The position numbers and the translations under genes are program-made. Below are positions 61,596 through 64,000 of a stretch of DNA of 64,000 bases, piece by piece. The DNA is taken from the NCBI GenBank assembly GCA_965215005.1, contig CBDCCZ010000032.1, forward strand, positions 1-64,000. Reading direction: 5' to 3'. Below the pieces are notes generated by a model. That model was not told where the DNA came from, did not search any database, and was given only the letters and a program-made list of their open reading frames with translations. Source of the DNA: Kofleriaceae bacterium (GTDB lineage: Bacteria > Myxococcota_A > Polyangia > Haliangiales > Haliangiaceae). The stretch's first letter is position 1, and each line of letters begins with the position of its first letter.

Positions 61596-63248
61596 TTACA
61601 TCTCCGGTGTGAACGCCAGGTCCAAGACTCCGAGCAGCCGCAACTGGCTGTCGTAGAAGCGATTGTGATTCTCTTCGCCGACGAGGTGCAGGAGCACGCC
61701 GCGATTGAGCCGATAGCTCGCGCCCGCTTGCGCACCAAGACTGGTGAAGTCGGGCCCCTGCTGCAATGGGTCGCTCGAGCGAACCACCGACAGTCGACCC
61801 GACACGTTGGTGCGCTCGCTGAGCCGCCAGCGCCCGGTGGCGAAACCGCCGAGGCGCTGCCCGCCATAGCCATCGTCATAGAAGAGATCGAGGCGCGCGA
61901 GAAGCGCTTGGCTCGAGCGATAGCGCGCTCCGGCCATGGCGCCGCCGGCCACCGCTGCGAGCTCCGAGGGGGCCTCGCTGTCGTAGCGGCGCAGCCAGCC
62001 GCGCACGTAGCTGCTCCATCGCTCGCTCAGCGACACGTCATACGTGAGCCGAGCGTCGCGGTAGGCATTGGCGCTAAAGACGTTGAAGATCGAATCGCCG
62101 TCGAAGGTGGGGAAGTGATAGTAGAGCTCGGGTTCGAGCCGATGACGGCCGTAGCGCAGCGACGCGCCGGCGTGGGCTTCATCGATAACGCCGTGCAAGA
62201 GGCTGTAGCGCACGGCTGCGGAAGGCATCAGTTGCAGCCCGTCGCGGCGCCATTGCACGCGTGCGCTCGCCACCAGCCGCTCTTCGTTGACGCCCCAGTC
62301 GGGGGCTTGATCGTCTTCGTTGGGATAGAGGCCGACGTCGCGGGTTTCGAGGCGGAATGGTCCACCGATGACGCCGACGGTGGGCGACATCGAGCGGCGA
62401 TACGCCAGCCGAGCCCATACCGGGCCCGTCTGATGGGTTTCGATCGCCGCACCAAAGGTCGGCATCCACTCATCGCGCTGCGGGCAACGCTCGAAGTCGT
62501 TTTCGAAGTCGCTGCCGGTGGTCGCTAGCGAGAGGTCAATGGGGCGCCAGGAGCCGGTGCCAGGAATCTGGCCTTCGACGTATTCTGCGCACTCCGCACT
62601 GCCGGTGCCATCTGGCTCGAACGTCGCCGACGCCGCAATCGAAGCATCGCGGACCCGCAAGCCTGCAAAGGCTTCCACCGCGACATGCGCTGCGGCATGC
62701 ACCCGCACCTTCACGCCGTCCATGCTCCACCAGTCCAACGTATCGATGCCGAGCTGACGGCCGACGTAGACGTCGATGGCGCCGCCGGCGAGCCCTTCGG
62801 CGGCGACGTAGCCATAGAGAACCTGCAGCTCGAGAGCAGTGCTATCGAGCTCGGGGATTCGGTCGAGCACATCGACGAGACGGCTGCCGACCACCAATTC
62901 ACCCGTGGTCCAGGCGCCAAAGTCGTGGTCGATTCGCATGTAGGTACTGAGGAAGTAGTGCGGCGCCCGCGGCGGCGGCACCTCGCGCAGCGTGCCGCGC
63001 GCCAACCGACCCGCTAGATCCCAGATATCGAGCTCTAGGGTTTGGGTGAAGCGCCGACGGGTCAACAACGCGTCGGGACCGAGAAGCCGAATCGAGCGCA
63101 GCTCGCTGCCCTGCCCGATAGCGCGCGCGCGAACCTCGAACTCGTACGCGTCGCTCGAGCGGGCGCTGCACAGGCTAGCAACCGCGACGAGAACGACCGC
63201 CGCCGACGCGACGCCGCGGCAGTAGGCCATCGCAGCGACGCTATGCAA
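61596..63248 (-). CDS. Putative outer-membrane beta-barrel protein
   Basis: Signal peptide and many amphipathic beta strands rich in Y/W/G/R, ending LLGVLDLAF; 2 bp upstream of the cytochrome gene. Confidence 0.7.
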   Translation of the reverse strand: MHSVAAMAYCRGVASAAVVLVAVASLCSARSSDAYEFEVRARAIGQGSELRSIRLLGPDALLTRRRFTQTLELDIWDLAGRLARGTLREVPPPRAPHYFLSTYMRIDHDFGAWTTGELVVGSRLVDVLDRIPELDSTALELQVLYGYVAAEGLAGGAIDVYVGRQLGIDTLDWWSMDGVKVRVHAAAHVAVEAFAGLRVRDASIAASATFEPDGTGSAECAEYVEGQIPGTGSWRPIDLSLATTGSDFENDFERCPQRDEWMPTFGAAIETHQTGPVWARLAYRRSMSPTVGVIGGPFRLETRDVGLYPNEDDQAPDWGVNEERLVASARVQWRRDGLQLMPSAAVRYSLLHGVIDEAHAGASLRYGRHRLEPELYYHFPTFDGDSIFNVFSANAYRDARLTYDVSLSERWSSYVRGWLRRYDSEAPSELAAVAGGAMAGARYRSSQALLARLDLFYDDGYGGQRLGGFATGRWRLSERTNVSGRLSVVRSSDPLQQGPDFTSLGAQAGASYRLNRGVLLHLVGEENHNRFYDSQLRLLGVLDLAFTPEM

Positions 63249-63366
63249 CCGAGCGGCGAGCTGTCAAGCAAGCGGCGCAGATCTCGCGCATGGCTGGCAT
63301 ACGCTCTGAGCGGCCGCTCTCCGCGTCACGACGCATGCGGCGCCGCGCATGCATTAGACTCGCGAA

Positions 63367-64000
63367 GTGCGAGTCCTTGCGATGACAGCCGCGGCGTTGG
63401 CGGCATGCTCGGCGCCGCGAGCACAATCGCCCATGGCTGGTACCGCGGCGACAACGCAGTTGCCGCGCGCTGCGACCGCTGCGACCGCGACGACGATGGC
63501 GACGCCGGAGCAGCTAAGACAGTGGAGCGCGCGCGCCGCGGCCGGCGATCGCGACGCGGCGTGGCGGCTCCTGCATGCGCTGATCGACGTGTTCGATGCC
63601 GCGCGGTTTGCGCGGGACGACGAGGCGCTCGCGGTGCTTTGGAACGCGCTCGAGCTGGCGGAGTCTCCGCGCCGCGGCGCCGAGGCGACCGAGCTCGTAA
63701 GTCGGGCTTTGTTGAGTGAGGCGGATGCGCTGCTCGCCGGCGATCGGCTGCTTGCGGCCGCGCAGGACGCCCATGCGCTGCTCGCGATCGATGCGGAGCC
63801 GCCCGTAACCATGGAACACGCACGAGGCGCGCTGGTAGTGATGCAGGCGATTGCCCGCGGAACCGGACCGCTTGCCGACAACGCCGCCCTTCGGCTCGCC
63901 GCATGGTGCGTGCGTGCCTTGGCAGACGCTGCCGCTTCGCAGCCAGCCGATCGGCACTACAAGCTCCTGCAGTGCGCCGCGGCCACCGGCGATCCCGCGG
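63367..64000 (+). CDS. Hypothetical lipoprotein, runs off the window end
   Basis: Translated by hand: VRVLAMTAAALAAC (lipobox) ...EQLRQWSARAAAGDRDAAWRLLHALIDVFDAARF...; open to 64000. Confidence 0.55.
   Translation, partial: MRVLAMTAAALAACSAPRAQSPMAGTAATTQLPRAATAATATTMATPEQLRQWSARAAAGDRDAAWRLLHALIDVFDAARFARDDEALAVLWNALELAESPRRGAEATELVSRALLSEADALLAGDRLLAAAQDAHALLAIDAEPPVTMEHARGALVVMQAIARGTGPLADNAALRLAAWCVRALADAAASQPADRHYKLLQCAAATGDPA

Overview
High-GC bacterial chromosomal DNA, most likely from a Myxococcota (Polyangia/Haliangium-like) organism. This is inferred from the Ser/Thr kinases, an AgmX/PglI-like C-terminal domain, a DUF6178-like protein, a D-C-x-P...IHPGA...DENCDG metal-binding repeat and the tilS-ftsH-folP-cdaA-cdaR-glmM order. 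The window contains a trp operon (trpE-G-D-C-F-B), envelope and signalling genes, the tilS...glmM-nnr operon, rnc/mnmA/rlmD, tRNA-Leu(UAA), uvrA with an SOS box, and epmA/efp. It also holds a roughly 7.6 kb Rrf2-led sulfur-relay operon (cysK, E1-like, thrC-like, Ubl sulfur carrier, NIL, second E1-like, cysM, JAB, miniature DsrE/F/H, TusA, LarE) and a porin plus 13-heme cytochrome pair. The best candidate for an undescribed system is the sulfur-relay operon. Its two ThiF/MoeB genes lack complementary parts: one has the ATP and Zn sites but no N-terminal Arg finger, and the other has the Arg finger but no ATP site. This suggests a heterodimeric E1 like eukaryotic SAE1/SAE2. Two data-quality problems are visible. 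trpB is cut at about 1150 and joined to an apparently alphaproteobacterial histidine-kinase tail and iron permease, which is a probable chimeric junction. glmM carries two +1 homopolymer frameshifts. All family assignments come from motif recognition by eye; no database searches were run.
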